Origin: Escherichia coli
GTDB taxonomy: Bacteria; Pseudomonadota; Gammaproteobacteria; Enterobacterales; Enterobacteriaceae
Length of the DNA stretch: 64,000 nt
Assembly (NCBI RefSeq): GCF_016026235.1
Contig: NZ_CP065613.1
Direction: 5' to 3' (one strand)
Under the pieces are notes generated by a model. That model had not been told where the DNA came from, did not search any database, and was given only the letters and a program-made list of their open reading frames with translations. Positions 46,549 through 56,863 of the stretch are shown here, in pieces. The position numbers and the translations under genes are program-made. Position 1 is the stretch's first letter. The number at the start of each line of letters is the position of its first letter.

Positions 46549-46580
46549 GCCCGAACAGTCGTCTGGGCTTTTTTTTAGAA
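46549..46580. terminator. Bidirectional hairpin terminator between ydbK and ompN
   Basis: AAGCCC...GGGCTT hairpin flanked by A-run and T-run. Confidence 0.45.
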
Positions 46581-46604
46581 TTGGATAATCCTTATCCAGA
46601 GCAT

Positions 46605-49600
46605 TTAATCGGTGTTGCTTTTTTCCGCTTTTCCGGCCATTTGTGCCAGGAAGTCATAGCGTTTTTGCAAATCAGCTGCAGCATCTTTCCATAACTGTTC
46701 TGCCACTTCTGGCTGCTGAGAATTCAGACGACGGAAACGTTGCTCGTGAAGTAACGTTTCTTCCAGTGCTTCTGACGGCGGGCGTGAATCCAGCGCCAGC
46801 GGCAGTTTGCCTTCATCGGCACGACGCGGATCGAAGCGATATAGCGGCCAGAAGCCGGTAGCTGTGAGTTGGCGCATCTGGTCATGGCTGAGTGCCAGAT
46901 CGTAACCATGCTCTTCACACGGGCTATAAGCAATGATCAGCGATGGTCCCGGATACGCTTCCGCTTCCTGAATCGCTTTCACCGTCTGGTTCAGTTGCGC
47001 GCCGAGAGAAATCTGCGCCACATAAACATGACCGTACATCATCATACTGACGCCAAGATCTTTACGCGCTTTACGTTTGCCGTGCTCGCCAAATTTAGTT
47101 ACTGCACCCAGCGGTGTCGCTTTCGACGCCTGACCACCGGTGTTGGAATAGCATTGCGTATCCAGCACCAGAATGTTGACGTTTTCCGTCAAACTCAATA
47201 CATGATCCAGACCGCCAAAGCCGATATCGTAAGCCCAGCCGTCGCCACCAATCAGCCAGATTGATTTTTCTACCAGTGCATCTGCGTCACGCAGCAGTTC
47301 ATGTGCTTCGGCAACATCGTTGAGTTGCTGGCGTAAAGCTGCAACCTGTTCACGACGAACCTCTGGCGTGGCGTCTGATTTCAACGCAGTCAGTAATTCC
47401 GCCGGGATTTTATCGGCAAATTGATCCAGCAGACGCAGCACGCGGACACGGTGTTGATCGACCGTCAGGCGGAAACCAAGGCCAAATTCGGCATTATCTT
47501 CAAATAGAGAGTTCGCCCATGCCGGCCCACGACCGTTGGCATCGGTGGTATACGGTGTAGAGGGCAGGTTACCGCCATAAATTGAAGAACAGCCGGTGGC
47601 GTTAGCGATCAACATCCGGTCGCCATAGAGCTGAGTCAGCAATTTAATATACGGCGTCTCGCCACAACCGGAGCAAGCACCGGAATATTCAAACAGCGGT
47701 GTAATCAGCTGCGATGTACGAATATCAATACGTTCCAGTTTGCTACGGTCGATTTCTGGCAGGTTGAGGAAGAAATCGTAATTGATTTTCTCTTCTTCGA
47801 CATGTTCCAGGCGCGACATCATATTGATGGCTTTAATCTCTGGATTCTGACGGTCTTTCGCCGGGCAAACTTCGACGCACAGGTTACAACCGGTGCAATC
47901 TTCCGGAGCCACCTGCAAGACATATTTCTGCCCGCGCATATCACGCGATTTCACATCCAGCGAATGCAGGCTGGCAGGGGCGTTTTCCATCGCTTCAGGC
48001 GGTACCACTTTTGCGCGAATAGCTGAGTGTGGGCAAGCGGCGACGCAGTGGTTACATTGGGTACAGAGTTCCTCTTTCCAGATGGGGATCTCTTCGGCGA
48101 TATTGCGTTTTTCCCAGCGAGTGGTGCCCATCGGCCAGGTGCCGTCTGGCGGCAGCGCCGAAACGGGGAGGGCATCACCAAGCCCGGCGAGCATCGCAGC
48201 GGTTACGGTTTTCACGAAATCAGGGGCGGCATCGGAAACCACTGGCGGTCGATTGGCGCTGTGCGGATTTACCGGTTGCAACGGAACTTCTTCTACGGAT
48301 TCACGCGCCAGCGCCAGAGCCTGCCAGTTGCGTTCCACCAGATCCTGACCTTTGCTGCTGTAACTTTTGGCAATCGCACCCTGCAATTCTGCGAGGGCGC
48401 TATCGCCAGGCAGAATTTGTGTCAGATGGAAAAAAGCCATCTGCATGACGGTATTAATACGGGCCGCCAGGCCACATTCGCGGGCGATTTTCGCCGCGTT
48501 AATCACATAGAAGCGCGCTTTTTTCTGATTTAGCACGGCCTGAACTTCCTGCGGCAAGCGCGACCACACTTCATCTGCGCTGTACGGCGTGTTGAGCAGG
48601 AAAATGCCGCCAGGTTTTAAACGCTCAGCCATCTGATATTTATCGATAAACTGCAACTGGTGGCAGCCAACAAAATCAGCCTGGGAAATGAGATAAGCGG
48701 AACGAATCGGCTGTTCGCTCACGCGAAGGTGAGAAACCGTCAGGCCGCCCGCCTTTTTGGAGTCGTAAACAAAATAGCCCTGTGCGTACCACGGCGTGGA
48801 ATTACCGATAATCTTGATATTGTTTTTGGTCGCGGAAACGCTGCCATCACTACCAAGGCCATAAAACAAGGCTTCCAGTTTCGCCGAGTTTGGCAGGGTG
48901 TTTTCCGGCAACGGCAGTGACAGATTGGTCACATCATCGTAAATACCAACCGTAAAGCGCGCTTTCGGTTTAGCCGCGTTGAGCTCGGCAAATACCGCCA
49001 GTACACAGTCCGGGCCAAATTCTTTGGATGAAAGACCATAGCGCCCACCAATGATACGGGGCAGAGTTTCGCGCTCGCCATTATTAAAGGCTTCTGCCAG
49101 TGCGGTCATTACATCCAGATAGAGCGGTTCTGCCTGGGCACTGGGTTCTTTGGTTCTGTCCAGTACCGCCACGCTGCGTACGGATCCCGGCAGAGCTTGC
49201 AGCAAGTGTTTGGCGGAGAAGGGACGGTACAGGCGAACTTTCAGCACGCCAACTTTTTCGCCACGGGTTAGCAATTCATCAACCACTTCTTCACAGGTGC
49301 CAATGGCAGAGCCCATCAGGATAATCACCCGTTCCGCTTGCGGATGCCCGTAATATTCAAACGGCTGATACTGACGACCTGTCGCGGCAGAGAAATCATT
49401 CATCGCCTGTTCAACATGGTCATAGACCGCGTTGTACCATGGGTTGGTGGCTTCGCGAGACTGGAAATAAGTGTCAGGATTCGCGGACGTACCGCGGATC
49501 ACCGGATGTTCCGGGTTGAGTGCCCGGGCGCGATGAGCATCAATTTCGGCCTGCGGCATGAGATCAAGAATCGTGTCATCGGCCAGCGGGACAATTTTGT

Positions 49601-50129
49601 TGATTTCGTGGGACGTGCGGAAACCATCAAAGAAATGAATAAATGGCACGCGGCTCTTCAGCGTCGCGATGTGCGAAATGAGAGCAAAGTCTTGCGCTTC
49701 CTGGACGTTTGCTGCACACAACATCGCGCAACCCGTCTGGCGCACCGCCATGACGTCGGAATGATCGCCAAAAATAGAGAGTGCATGTGTGGCAACGGTA
49801 CGTGCCGCTACATGCAGGACAAACGGTGTGAGTTCGCCTGCCAGTTTGTACAGCGTCGGGATCATCAGCAGCAAACCCTGCGATGACGTAAACGATGTTG
49901 AAAGGGCACCCGTCTGCAAAGCGCCATGCACGGTAGCGATAGCACCCGCTTCCGACTGCATTTCAACCACGCGTGGTGTGTCTCCCCAAACGTTCTTCAA
50001 GCCGTTTCCGGCCCAGGCATCAGCCTGTTCTGCCATCGTGGAACTGGGGGTAATAGGGTAGATGGCGATAACTTCACTGGTGCGAAACGCCACCGAAGCA
50101 ACCGCGCCATTACCGTCAATAGTAATCAT
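46605..50129 (-). CDS. ydbK: Pyruvate:flavodoxin oxidoreductase
   Basis: 1174-aa PFOR with 4Fe-4S Cys clusters (CTQCNHCVAACP, CTGCNLCVEVCP) and TPP-binding domain. Confidence 0.9.
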   Translation of the reverse strand: MITIDGNGAVASVAFRTSEVIAIYPITPSSTMAEQADAWAGNGLKNVWGDTPRVVEMQSEAGAIATVHGALQTGALSTSFTSSQGLLLMIPTLYKLAGELTPFVLHVAARTVATHALSIFGDHSDVMAVRQTGCAMLCAANVQEAQDFALISHIATLKSRVPFIHFFDGFRTSHEINKIVPLADDTILDLMPQAEIDAHRARALNPEHPVIRGTSANPDTYFQSREATNPWYNAVYDHVEQAMNDFSAATGRQYQPFEYYGHPQAERVIILMGSAIGTCEEVVDELLTRGEKVGVLKVRLYRPFSAKHLLQALPGSVRSVAVLDRTKEPSAQAEPLYLDVMTALAEAFNNGERETLPRIIGGRYGLSSKEFGPDCVLAVFAELNAAKPKARFTVGIYDDVTNLSLPLPENTLPNSAKLEALFYGLGSDGSVSATKNNIKIIGNSTPWYAQGYFVYDSKKAGGLTVSHLRVSEQPIRSAYLISQADFVGCHQLQFIDKYQMAERLKPGGIFLLNTPYSADEVWSRLPQEVQAVLNQKKARFYVINAAKIARECGLAARINTVMQMAFFHLTQILPGDSALAELQGAIAKSYSSKGQDLVERNWQALALARESVEEVPLQPVNPHSANRPPVVSDAAPDFVKTVTAAMLAGLGDALPVSALPPDGTWPMGTTRWEKRNIAEEIPIWKEELCTQCNHCVAACPHSAIRAKVVPPEAMENAPASLHSLDVKSRDMRGQKYVLQVAPEDCTGCNLCVEVCPAKDRQNPEIKAINMMSRLEHVEEEKINYDFFLNLPEIDRSKLERIDIRTSQLITPLFEYSGACSGCGETPYIKLLTQLYGDRMLIANATGCSSIYGGNLPSTPYTTDANGRGPAWANSLFEDNAEFGLGFRLTVDQHRVRVLRLLDQFADKIPAELLTALKSDATPEVRREQVAALRQQLNDVAEAHELLRDADALVEKSIWLIGGDGWAYDIGFGGLDHVLSLTENVNILVLDTQCYSNTGGQASKATPLGAVTKFGEHGKRKARKDLGVSMMMYGHVYVAQISLGAQLNQTVKAIQEAEAYPGPSLIIAYSPCEEHGYDLALSHDQMRQLTATGFWPLYRFDPRRADEGKLPLALDSRPPSEALEETLLHEQRFRRLNSQQPEVAEQLWKDAAADLQKRYDFLAQMAGKAEKSNTD

Positions 50130-50402
50130 ATGACACCCTTACATTGCGCAAATGAGGGGCGCACGAAATTGCTGCGCGCCCAGTAGTAATCCTTCAATTT
50201 TAGCAAATGGCTTTCTTCTGCATTTTCGCTTTTGTGTCCCCCACATCAGCGTAATGAATGTTTTGATCAAACAGAGGGCAAAAAAATAGCCATAAAAAAG
50301 TAAAAATGCGGGGCAACGCGCAGGACAGCTCTCGACGCCGCCCTCTGTGCTGCCTATTATTTATGGCGGTGTCGTTTGGCTTGAAGATCAGAGGAAGAAG
50401 AG

Positions 50403-50669
50403 ATGCGAGCAGCGTTTTGGGTAGGGTGTGCCGCTTTATTGTTGTCGGCGTGTAGTAGTGAACCTGTTCAGCAGGCGACTGCGGCGCACGTAGCGCCAGG
50501 TTTAAAAGCGTCGATGTCCAGTAGTGGAGAAGCAAATTGTGCAATGATCGGCGGTTCGCTTTCTGTTGCCCGTCAACTGGATGGTACGGCGATTGGGATG
50601 TGTGCATTACCCAACGGCAAACGCTGTAGCGAACAGTCACTTGCCGCCGGGAGCTGTGGCAGCTATTAA
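50403..50669 (+). CDS. ydbJ: DUF333 lipoprotein YdbJ
   Basis: 88 aa with lipobox LSAC. Confidence 0.8.
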   Translation: MRAAFWVGCAALLLSACSSEPVQQATAAHVAPGLKASMSSSGEANCAMIGGSLSVARQLDGTAIGMCALPNGKRCSEQSLAAGSCGSY

Positions 50670-51088
50670 TTCATTAAATCCGCCAGCTTATAAGTTAATG
50701 TCTGTTTCGCGGTCGCCAGCGTTAACTGGTTCGCGGTCAGATCCACTTGTGCACCTTCTTTCAGCATTTCGCTAATGGTGTTATCGAGTTCATTAAGCTG
50801 CGGGTTAGCGCACATCATACGGGTCATTGCCAGCCCTTTGGCTGTCAGTTCACCATTAGACAGTTTGCCTTCACCGCTAAAGCGGTTACACATGCTGCCG
50901 GAAATCATCATTTTTTCACCAAAGCTGATTTCTGGCGGATTTTTATCGCTGGTCACGGGCTTACCGTTTACGCTTTCCAGCACAAAGCGATGATGCTGTA
51001 GCTGTTCTGGCGTAACAGCAATTTTGTCATTACTTACACATCCCGCCATCAGCAGGCTTAGCGCAACAAACGCGGCTACTTTCTTCAT
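50666..51088 (-). CDS. hslJ: Heat-shock lipoprotein HslJ
   Basis: 140 aa from MKKVAAFVALSLLMAGC; track ORF has a 4-codon upstream extension. Confidence 0.85.
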   Translation of the reverse strand: MKKVAAFVALSLLMAGCVSNDKIAVTPEQLQHHRFVLESVNGKPVTSDKNPPEISFGEKMMISGSMCNRFSGEGKLSNGELTAKGLAMTRMMCANPQLNELDNTISEMLKEGAQVDLTANQLTLATAKQTLTYKLADLMN

Positions 51089-51198
51089 TGTGGTTCTCAA
51101 TTACAGTTTCTGACTCAGGACTATTTTAAGAATAGAGGATGAAAGGTCATTGGGGATTATCTGAATCAGCTCCCCTGGATTGCAGGGGAGCGGCAAGA

Positions 51199-52188
51199 TT
51201 AAACCAGTTCGTTCGGGCAGGTTTCACCTTTTTCCAGATTGCTTAAGTTTTGCAGCGTAGTCTGAGAAATACTGGTCAGAGCTTCTGCTGTCAGGAATGC
51301 CTGGTGCCCGGTAAACAGCACGTTGTGGCAGGCAGACAGGCGACGGAATACGTCATCCTGGATCACGTCGTTGGATTTATCTTCAAAGAACAGATCGCGT
51401 TCGTTCTCATACACGTCCATACCCAACGAACCAATTTTCTGATTTTTCAGCGCTTCAATTGCTGCCTGAGAATCAATCAATGCACCGCGACTGGTATTGA
51501 CGATCATCACGCCATTTTTCATCTGATCGAAGGCGGCTTCGTTCAACAGATGGTAGTTTTCCGGTGTCAGCGGGCAGTGCAGAGAGATAACGTCAGATTC
51601 AGAGAACAGGGTTGGCAGATCGACATACTCCACACCGAGTTCCAGCGCCGCTGCACTTGGATACGGATCGAACGCCAGCAGACGCATACCAAAACCTTTC
51701 AGAATGCGCAGCATCGCCACCCCGATTTTACCGGTACCGATAACGCCTGCCGTTTTGCCATACATAGTAAAGCCGGTCAGACCTTCCAGAGAGAAGTTAG
51801 CGTCACGGGTACGCTGATACGCGCGGTGAATACGGCGGTTCAGCGTCATCATCATACCGATGGCGTGTTCAGCAACGGCCTCTGGATCATAGGCTGGAAC
51901 ACGGACTACTTTCAGCCCCAGTTCTTTTGCCGCGTCAAGGTCGACGTTATTGAAACCGGCACAGCGCAGGGCGATATATTTAACGCCGTGCTTTTTCAGC
52001 TCTTCCAGCACCGGGCGGCTGCCGTCATCGTTTACGAAAATACATACCGCTTCGCAGCCATTGGCAGTTTTAGCGGTTTTTTCCGTCAGCAGAAAGTCAA
52101 AAAATTCCAGCTCAAAGCCAAAGGACTCGTTCACCTGTTGCAGGTACTTCTTGTCGTACTGTTTTGTGCTATAAACGGCGAGTTTCAT
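51199..52188 (-). CDS. ldhA: Fermentative D-lactate dehydrogenase
   Basis: 329-aa D-2-hydroxyacid dehydrogenase with NAD-binding GVIGTGKIG. Confidence 0.9.
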   Translation of the reverse strand: MKLAVYSTKQYDKKYLQQVNESFGFELEFFDFLLTEKTAKTANGCEAVCIFVNDDGSRPVLEELKKHGVKYIALRCAGFNNVDLDAAKELGLKVVRVPAYDPEAVAEHAIGMMMTLNRRIHRAYQRTRDANFSLEGLTGFTMYGKTAGVIGTGKIGVAMLRILKGFGMRLLAFDPYPSAAALELGVEYVDLPTLFSESDVISLHCPLTPENYHLLNEAAFDQMKNGVMIVNTSRGALIDSQAAIEALKNQKIGSLGMDVYENERDLFFEDKSNDVIQDDVFRRLSACHNVLFTGHQAFLTAEALTSISQTTLQNLSNLEKGETCPNELV

Positions 52189-52395
52189 AAGACTTTCTCC
52201 AGTGATGTTGAATCACATTTAAGCTACTAAAAATATTTTACAAAATTTCAAATTTAATTGAAAGCTATGGCGATATTGAAAAATTCATCAACAACTATGC
52301 TTAGTGTAGGCGCAACCTTCAACTGAACGGTTAAACATGCCACAATACCCGTATTGAATGCTTAATTTTTCGCTAAATCAGGATATTAACTACCC

Positions 52396-55035
52396 ATGCT
52401 GGGTAAATATAAAGCCGTTCTCGCGCTGTTATTACTGATTATTCTTGTGCCGTTGACGCTGCTGATGACGCTCGGGCTGTGGGTTCCCACGCTGGCGGGC
52501 ATCTGGCTACCGCTCGGGACACGTATTGCATTAGATGAAAGCCCACGCATTACGCGTAAAGGTTTAATCATTCCCGATCTCCGTTATCTGGTGGGAGATT
52601 GTCAGCTTGCGCATATCACCAACGCCAGCCTTTCACATCCCAGCCGCTGGTTATTGAACGTCGGCATGGTAGAACTTGATTCTGCTTGTCTGGCGAAATT
52701 GCCGCAGACGGAGCAATCGCCAGCTGCTCCAAAAACCCTCGCGCAGTGGCAGTCCATGCTGCCTAACACCTGGATCAATATCGATAAACTGATTTTTTCT
52801 CCCTGGCAGGAATGGCAGGGAAAACTCTCTCTCGCATTAACCTCTGATATCCAGCAACTGCGTTATCAGGGCGAAAAAGTTAAATTTCAAGGCCAGCTGA
52901 AAGGGCAACAACTTACAGTCAGCGAACTGGATGTCGTCGCGTTTGAAAATCAGCCGCCGGTTAAACTGGTGGGGGAATTTACTATGCCGCTCGTGCCGGA
53001 TGGACTTCCTGTAAGTGGGCATGCTACTGCGACGTTAAACTTGCCGCAGGAACCGTCACTGGTGGATGCAGAGCTGGACTGGCAGGAAAATAGCGGGCAA
53101 TTGATTGTGCTGGCACGGGATAACGGCGATCCGTTGCTCGATTTGCCGTGGCAAATTACTCGTCAACAATTGACCGTAAGCGATGGTCGCTGGAGTTGGC
53201 CGTATGCAGGTTTTCCTTTGAGTGGCCGACTGGGTGTCAAAGTCGACAACTGGCAGGCAGGGCTTGAGAACGCTCTGATCAGCGGACGACTGAGTGTGCT
53301 GACCCAGGGGCAAGCGGGTAAAGGCAACGCGGTGCTAAATTTTGGCCCAGGAAAATTAAGCATGGATAACAGCCAGCTGCCTCTGCAGCTGACCGGTGAA
53401 GCGAAACAGGCGGACCTCATTTTATATGCCCGCTTACCCGCGCAGCTAAGTGGAAGTCTGACTGACCCAACGCTGGCCTTTGAGCCAGGCGCGTTACTTC
53501 GTTCAAAGGGAAGAGTCATCGATTCGCTGGACATCGATGAAATCCGCTGGCCTTTAGCGGGTGTAAAAGTCACCCAACGTGGTGTTGACGGACGTCTGCA
53601 GGCCATTTTGCAGGCGCATGAAAATGAACTGGGCGATTTCGTGCTGCATATGGATGGTCTGGCGAATGATTTTCTCCCTGACGCTGGCCGCTGGCAGTGG
53701 CGCTACTGGGGAAAAGGGAGTTTTACACCGATGAATGCCACCTGGGATGTCGCAGGAAAAGGTGAGTGGCATGACAGCACGATTACGCTGACCGATCTAT
53801 CCACCGGTTTCGACCAGTTACAATACGGTACGATGACGGTAGAAAAGCCGCGATTAATTCTCGACAAGCCCGTCGTCTGGGTACGTGACGCACAGCATCC
53901 CTCCTTCAGCGGCGCGCTGTCACTGGACGCCGGGCAAACGCTGTTCACTGGCGGCAGTGTGTTACCGCCATCAACCTTAAAATTTAGCGTCGATGGGCGC
54001 GATCCGACGTATTTCCTCTTTAAAGGCGATTTACATGCTGGTGAGATTGGCCCGGTTCGGGTAAATGGTCGCTGGGACGGTATTCGTCTGCGCGGTAACG
54101 CCTGGTGGCCAAAACAATCACTGACTGTATTCCAGCCGCTGGTGCCACCCGACTGGAAGATGAACTTACGCGATGGTGAACTGTATGCTCAGGTTGCATT
54201 TTCTGCTGCGCCTGAACAAGGATTCCGCGCGGGAGGACACGGCGTGTTGAAAGGCGGTAGTGCCTGGATGCCAGATAATCAGGTTAACGGTGTCGATTTT
54301 GTCCTGCCTTTCCGTTTTGCCGATGGAGCCTGGCATCTGGGGACTCGCGGCCCCGTTACGTTGCGAATTGCCGAAGTGATTAATCTGGTGACAGCGAAAA
54401 ATATTACGGCTGATTTGCAAGGGCGTTATCCGTGGACTGAAGAAGAACCCTTGCTGTTGACTGATGTTAGCGTCGATGTGTTAGGCGGTAACGTACTGAT
54501 GAAACAATTACGTATGCCGCAACATGACCCGGCGCTGTTGCGGCTGAATAATCTCTCATCCAGCGAACTGGTTAGCGCCGTCAATCCAAAACAATTCGCC
54601 ATGTCCGGGGCATTTAGTGGTGCATTGCCGTTATGGCTAAACAACGAAAAATGGATAGTGAAAGATGGTTGGCTGGCAAATAGCGGGCCAATGACCTTGC
54701 GGCTGGATAAAGACACCGCAGATGCGGTGGTGAAAGACAATATGACTGCGGGTTCAGCAATTAACTGGTTGCGCTATATGGAAATTAGCCGTTCATCGAC
54801 AAAAATTAACTTAGATAATCTCGGTTTATTAACCATGCAGGCCAACATTACAGGTACCAGTCGCGTTGATGGTAAAAGCGGTACGGTAAACCTTAATTAC
54901 CATCATGAAGAGAATATTTTTACGCTGTGGCGCAGTTTACGCTTTGGCGATAATCTCCAGGCATGGTTGGAGCAGAACGCACGTCTGCTGGGAAATGACT
55001 GTCCGCAAGGAAAAGAGTGTGAGGAAAAACAATGA
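52396..55035 (+). CDS. ydbH: AsmA-family protein YdbH
   Basis: 879 aa with N-terminal transmembrane anchor; first gene of ydbH-ynbE-ydbL. Confidence 0.85.
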   Translation: MLGKYKAVLALLLLIILVPLTLLMTLGLWVPTLAGIWLPLGTRIALDESPRITRKGLIIPDLRYLVGDCQLAHITNASLSHPSRWLLNVGMVELDSACLAKLPQTEQSPAAPKTLAQWQSMLPNTWINIDKLIFSPWQEWQGKLSLALTSDIQQLRYQGEKVKFQGQLKGQQLTVSELDVVAFENQPPVKLVGEFTMPLVPDGLPVSGHATATLNLPQEPSLVDAELDWQENSGQLIVLARDNGDPLLDLPWQITRQQLTVSDGRWSWPYAGFPLSGRLGVKVDNWQAGLENALISGRLSVLTQGQAGKGNAVLNFGPGKLSMDNSQLPLQLTGEAKQADLILYARLPAQLSGSLTDPTLAFEPGALLRSKGRVIDSLDIDEIRWPLAGVKVTQRGVDGRLQAILQAHENELGDFVLHMDGLANDFLPDAGRWQWRYWGKGSFTPMNATWDVAGKGEWHDSTITLTDLSTGFDQLQYGTMTVEKPRLILDKPVVWVRDAQHPSFSGALSLDAGQTLFTGGSVLPPSTLKFSVDGRDPTYFLFKGDLHAGEIGPVRVNGRWDGIRLRGNAWWPKQSLTVFQPLVPPDWKMNLRDGELYAQVAFSAAPEQGFRAGGHGVLKGGSAWMPDNQVNGVDFVLPFRFADGAWHLGTRGPVTLRIAEVINLVTAKNITADLQGRYPWTEEEPLLLTDVSVDVLGGNVLMKQLRMPQHDPALLRLNNLSSSELVSAVNPKQFAMSGAFSGALPLWLNNEKWIVKDGWLANSGPMTLRLDKDTADAVVKDNMTAGSAINWLRYMEISRSSTKINLDNLGLLTMQANITGTSRVDGKSGTVNLNYHHEENIFTLWRSLRFGDNLQAWLEQNARLLGNDCPQGKECEEKQ

Positions 55036-55217
55036 AAATTTTACTGGCTGCGTTGACGTCATCTTTTATGCTGGCTGCCTGTACGCCGCGTATTGAAGTC
55101 GCTGCGCCCAAGGAACCGATCACTATCAATATGAACGTTAAAATTGAGCATGAGATCATCATCAAGGCAGACAAAGATGTCGAAGAGCTGCTTGAAACTC
55201 GTAGCGATCTTTTCTGA
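55032..55217 (+). CDS. ynbE: Lipoprotein YnbE
   Basis: 61 aa, lipobox LAAC; overlaps ydbH stop. Confidence 0.8.
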   Translation: MKILLAALTSSFMLAACTPRIEVAAPKEPITINMNVKIEHEIIIKADKDVEELLETRSDLF

Positions 55218-55221
55218 GGCG

Positions 55222-55551
55222 ATGATGAAGAAAACATTACTTCTTTGTGCGTTTCTTGTTGGACTGGTAAGCAGCAATGTAATGGCATTGACTCTGGATG
55301 AAGCCAGAACGCAGGGGCGGGTCGGGGAAACATTTTATGGTTATCTGGTTGCGCTGAAAACGGATGCTGAAACAGAGAAATTAGTAACCGACATTAATGC
55401 CGAACGTAAAGCGAGTTACCAACAACTGGCAAAGCAAAATAATGTGTCGGTAGATGATATCGCGAAACTCGCCGGGCAAAAGCTCGTAGCTCGGGCCAAA
55501 CCGGGGGAATATGTACAAGGGATAAACGGTAAATGGGTGCGAAAATTTTAA
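55222..55551 (+). CDS. ydbL: DUF1318 periplasmic protein YdbL
   Basis: About 108 aa from MMKKTLLLCAFLVGL; track ORF starts earlier in frame. Confidence 0.8.
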   Translation: MMKKTLLLCAFLVGLVSSNVMALTLDEARTQGRVGETFYGYLVALKTDAETEKLVTDINAERKASYQQLAKQNNVSVDDIAKLAGQKLVARAKPGEYVQGINGKWVRKF

Positions 55552-55722
55552 TAGCAAAACCGCAATATCGGGATAACGCTACAGGAGAAAGCGATTGATC
55601 TATTTTCCTGAAACAAGGTGAATATTCAAAAACTCCTGTCAAATTGCCTTTCGCCCTGAAAAATGCATAGTCAAATATCTGTTTTAACTAATTGGCGTTG
55701 CAGTACACACAACGCCAATTAG

Positions 55723-56628
55723 TTAGCGGAATTTACGTCGATACTCGCCTGGCGTCATCCCAAAGCGTTGCTTAAATACCGTTGAAAAATGACTCTGGTC
55801 AGAAAATCCCCAATGAAAGCCGATGCCTGCCAGTTTTTCATCATCTGCGGCATGGCGAATCGCATCTGCACAAAAATCGAGACGACGGTTACGAATATAT
55901 TGCGCGACTACCAAACCTTTATCGGCAAACATTCGGTACAAACTACGTACTGACATACCTGTCTCTCCTGCTATCCACTCCGGGCGTAATATCTCTTCGC
56001 GAATATTATCGTCTATCAACGTAACCACTTTTTGAAACTGACGTTCACGGCGAGGTTGAACAGATTCCCGCTGATGAAGTACCGGGCGCAGCAGACACAC
56101 CATCGCCTGTAGCGCAGCTTCACTTTCTGTTTCAGAAAGTGCCGGGTTATTCATGCTCTCCTGCAACAGGCGATGACTGAGTTGCACCATAGGTAAGTCA
56201 GCAGCCAGTCTCTCTGCGCAGACAGGTTTTTGATGGGGAAAATATTGTTCCAGCAGAGTGCGTGGCAAAAGTAATGAAATCTGTTTAGAAGACTCCTGCC
56301 AGTAAAGCGAACAGGGTCGTGAGGCATCGAGTAACGTAATATCGCCTGCGCTAATCGGCACCTGACGCTCATCCTGCTCCATTATCGCCTGACCACTAAG
56401 CTGAAAAACGGTGTAAAACCAGGCATCGTCACTGCCTTTTACCTCCTGCCAGGTGCGGGATAAATTCACCCCGCTGGTTGTCACGGTACTCAGCTTTAGT
56501 CCTTTGGCAAAATGCGTGTCCAGTACACCCGTGTAACGCTCAGTCAGCAGGCGTCCGGTAAAATTTCCGCATACCTGATTGATTTGGGAAAGCCATTGCT
56601 GAAACTCATTATCCACTGCGGGGTTCAT
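55723..56628 (-). CDS. feaR: AraC-family transcriptional activator FeaR
   Basis: 301 aa with C-terminal AraC HTH; divergent from feaB. Confidence 0.85.
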   Translation of the reverse strand: MNPAVDNEFQQWLSQINQVCGNFTGRLLTERYTGVLDTHFAKGLKLSTVTTSGVNLSRTWQEVKGSDDAWFYTVFQLSGQAIMEQDERQVPISAGDITLLDASRPCSLYWQESSKQISLLLPRTLLEQYFPHQKPVCAERLAADLPMVQLSHRLLQESMNNPALSETESEAALQAMVCLLRPVLHQRESVQPRRERQFQKVVTLIDDNIREEILRPEWIAGETGMSVRSLYRMFADKGLVVAQYIRNRRLDFCADAIRHAADDEKLAGIGFHWGFSDQSHFSTVFKQRFGMTPGEYRRKFR

Positions 56629-56863
56629 GGCACGTTTTCGCTCTGTGAAATGTATTTTTATTGTTGCATTTGTGTTGCAGTAAACGAAGCTAATGAGCCT
56701 GACTATAGGAAATAAGTCTTGTCAGGCATAGAGGCATAAGCGGTTATTGTCACGATTTGCGGAGCTTGTCACAGCTGACAAAGCGAATGTCACAGCGAAA
56801 AAAGTGACATTTCTTGTCGCTGCGTACACTGAAATCACACTGGGTAAATAATAAGGAAAAGTG

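Noticed and set aside
51250-52230. 326-aa plus-strand ORF
   Set aside because: Antisense to ldhA, which is a confident call.
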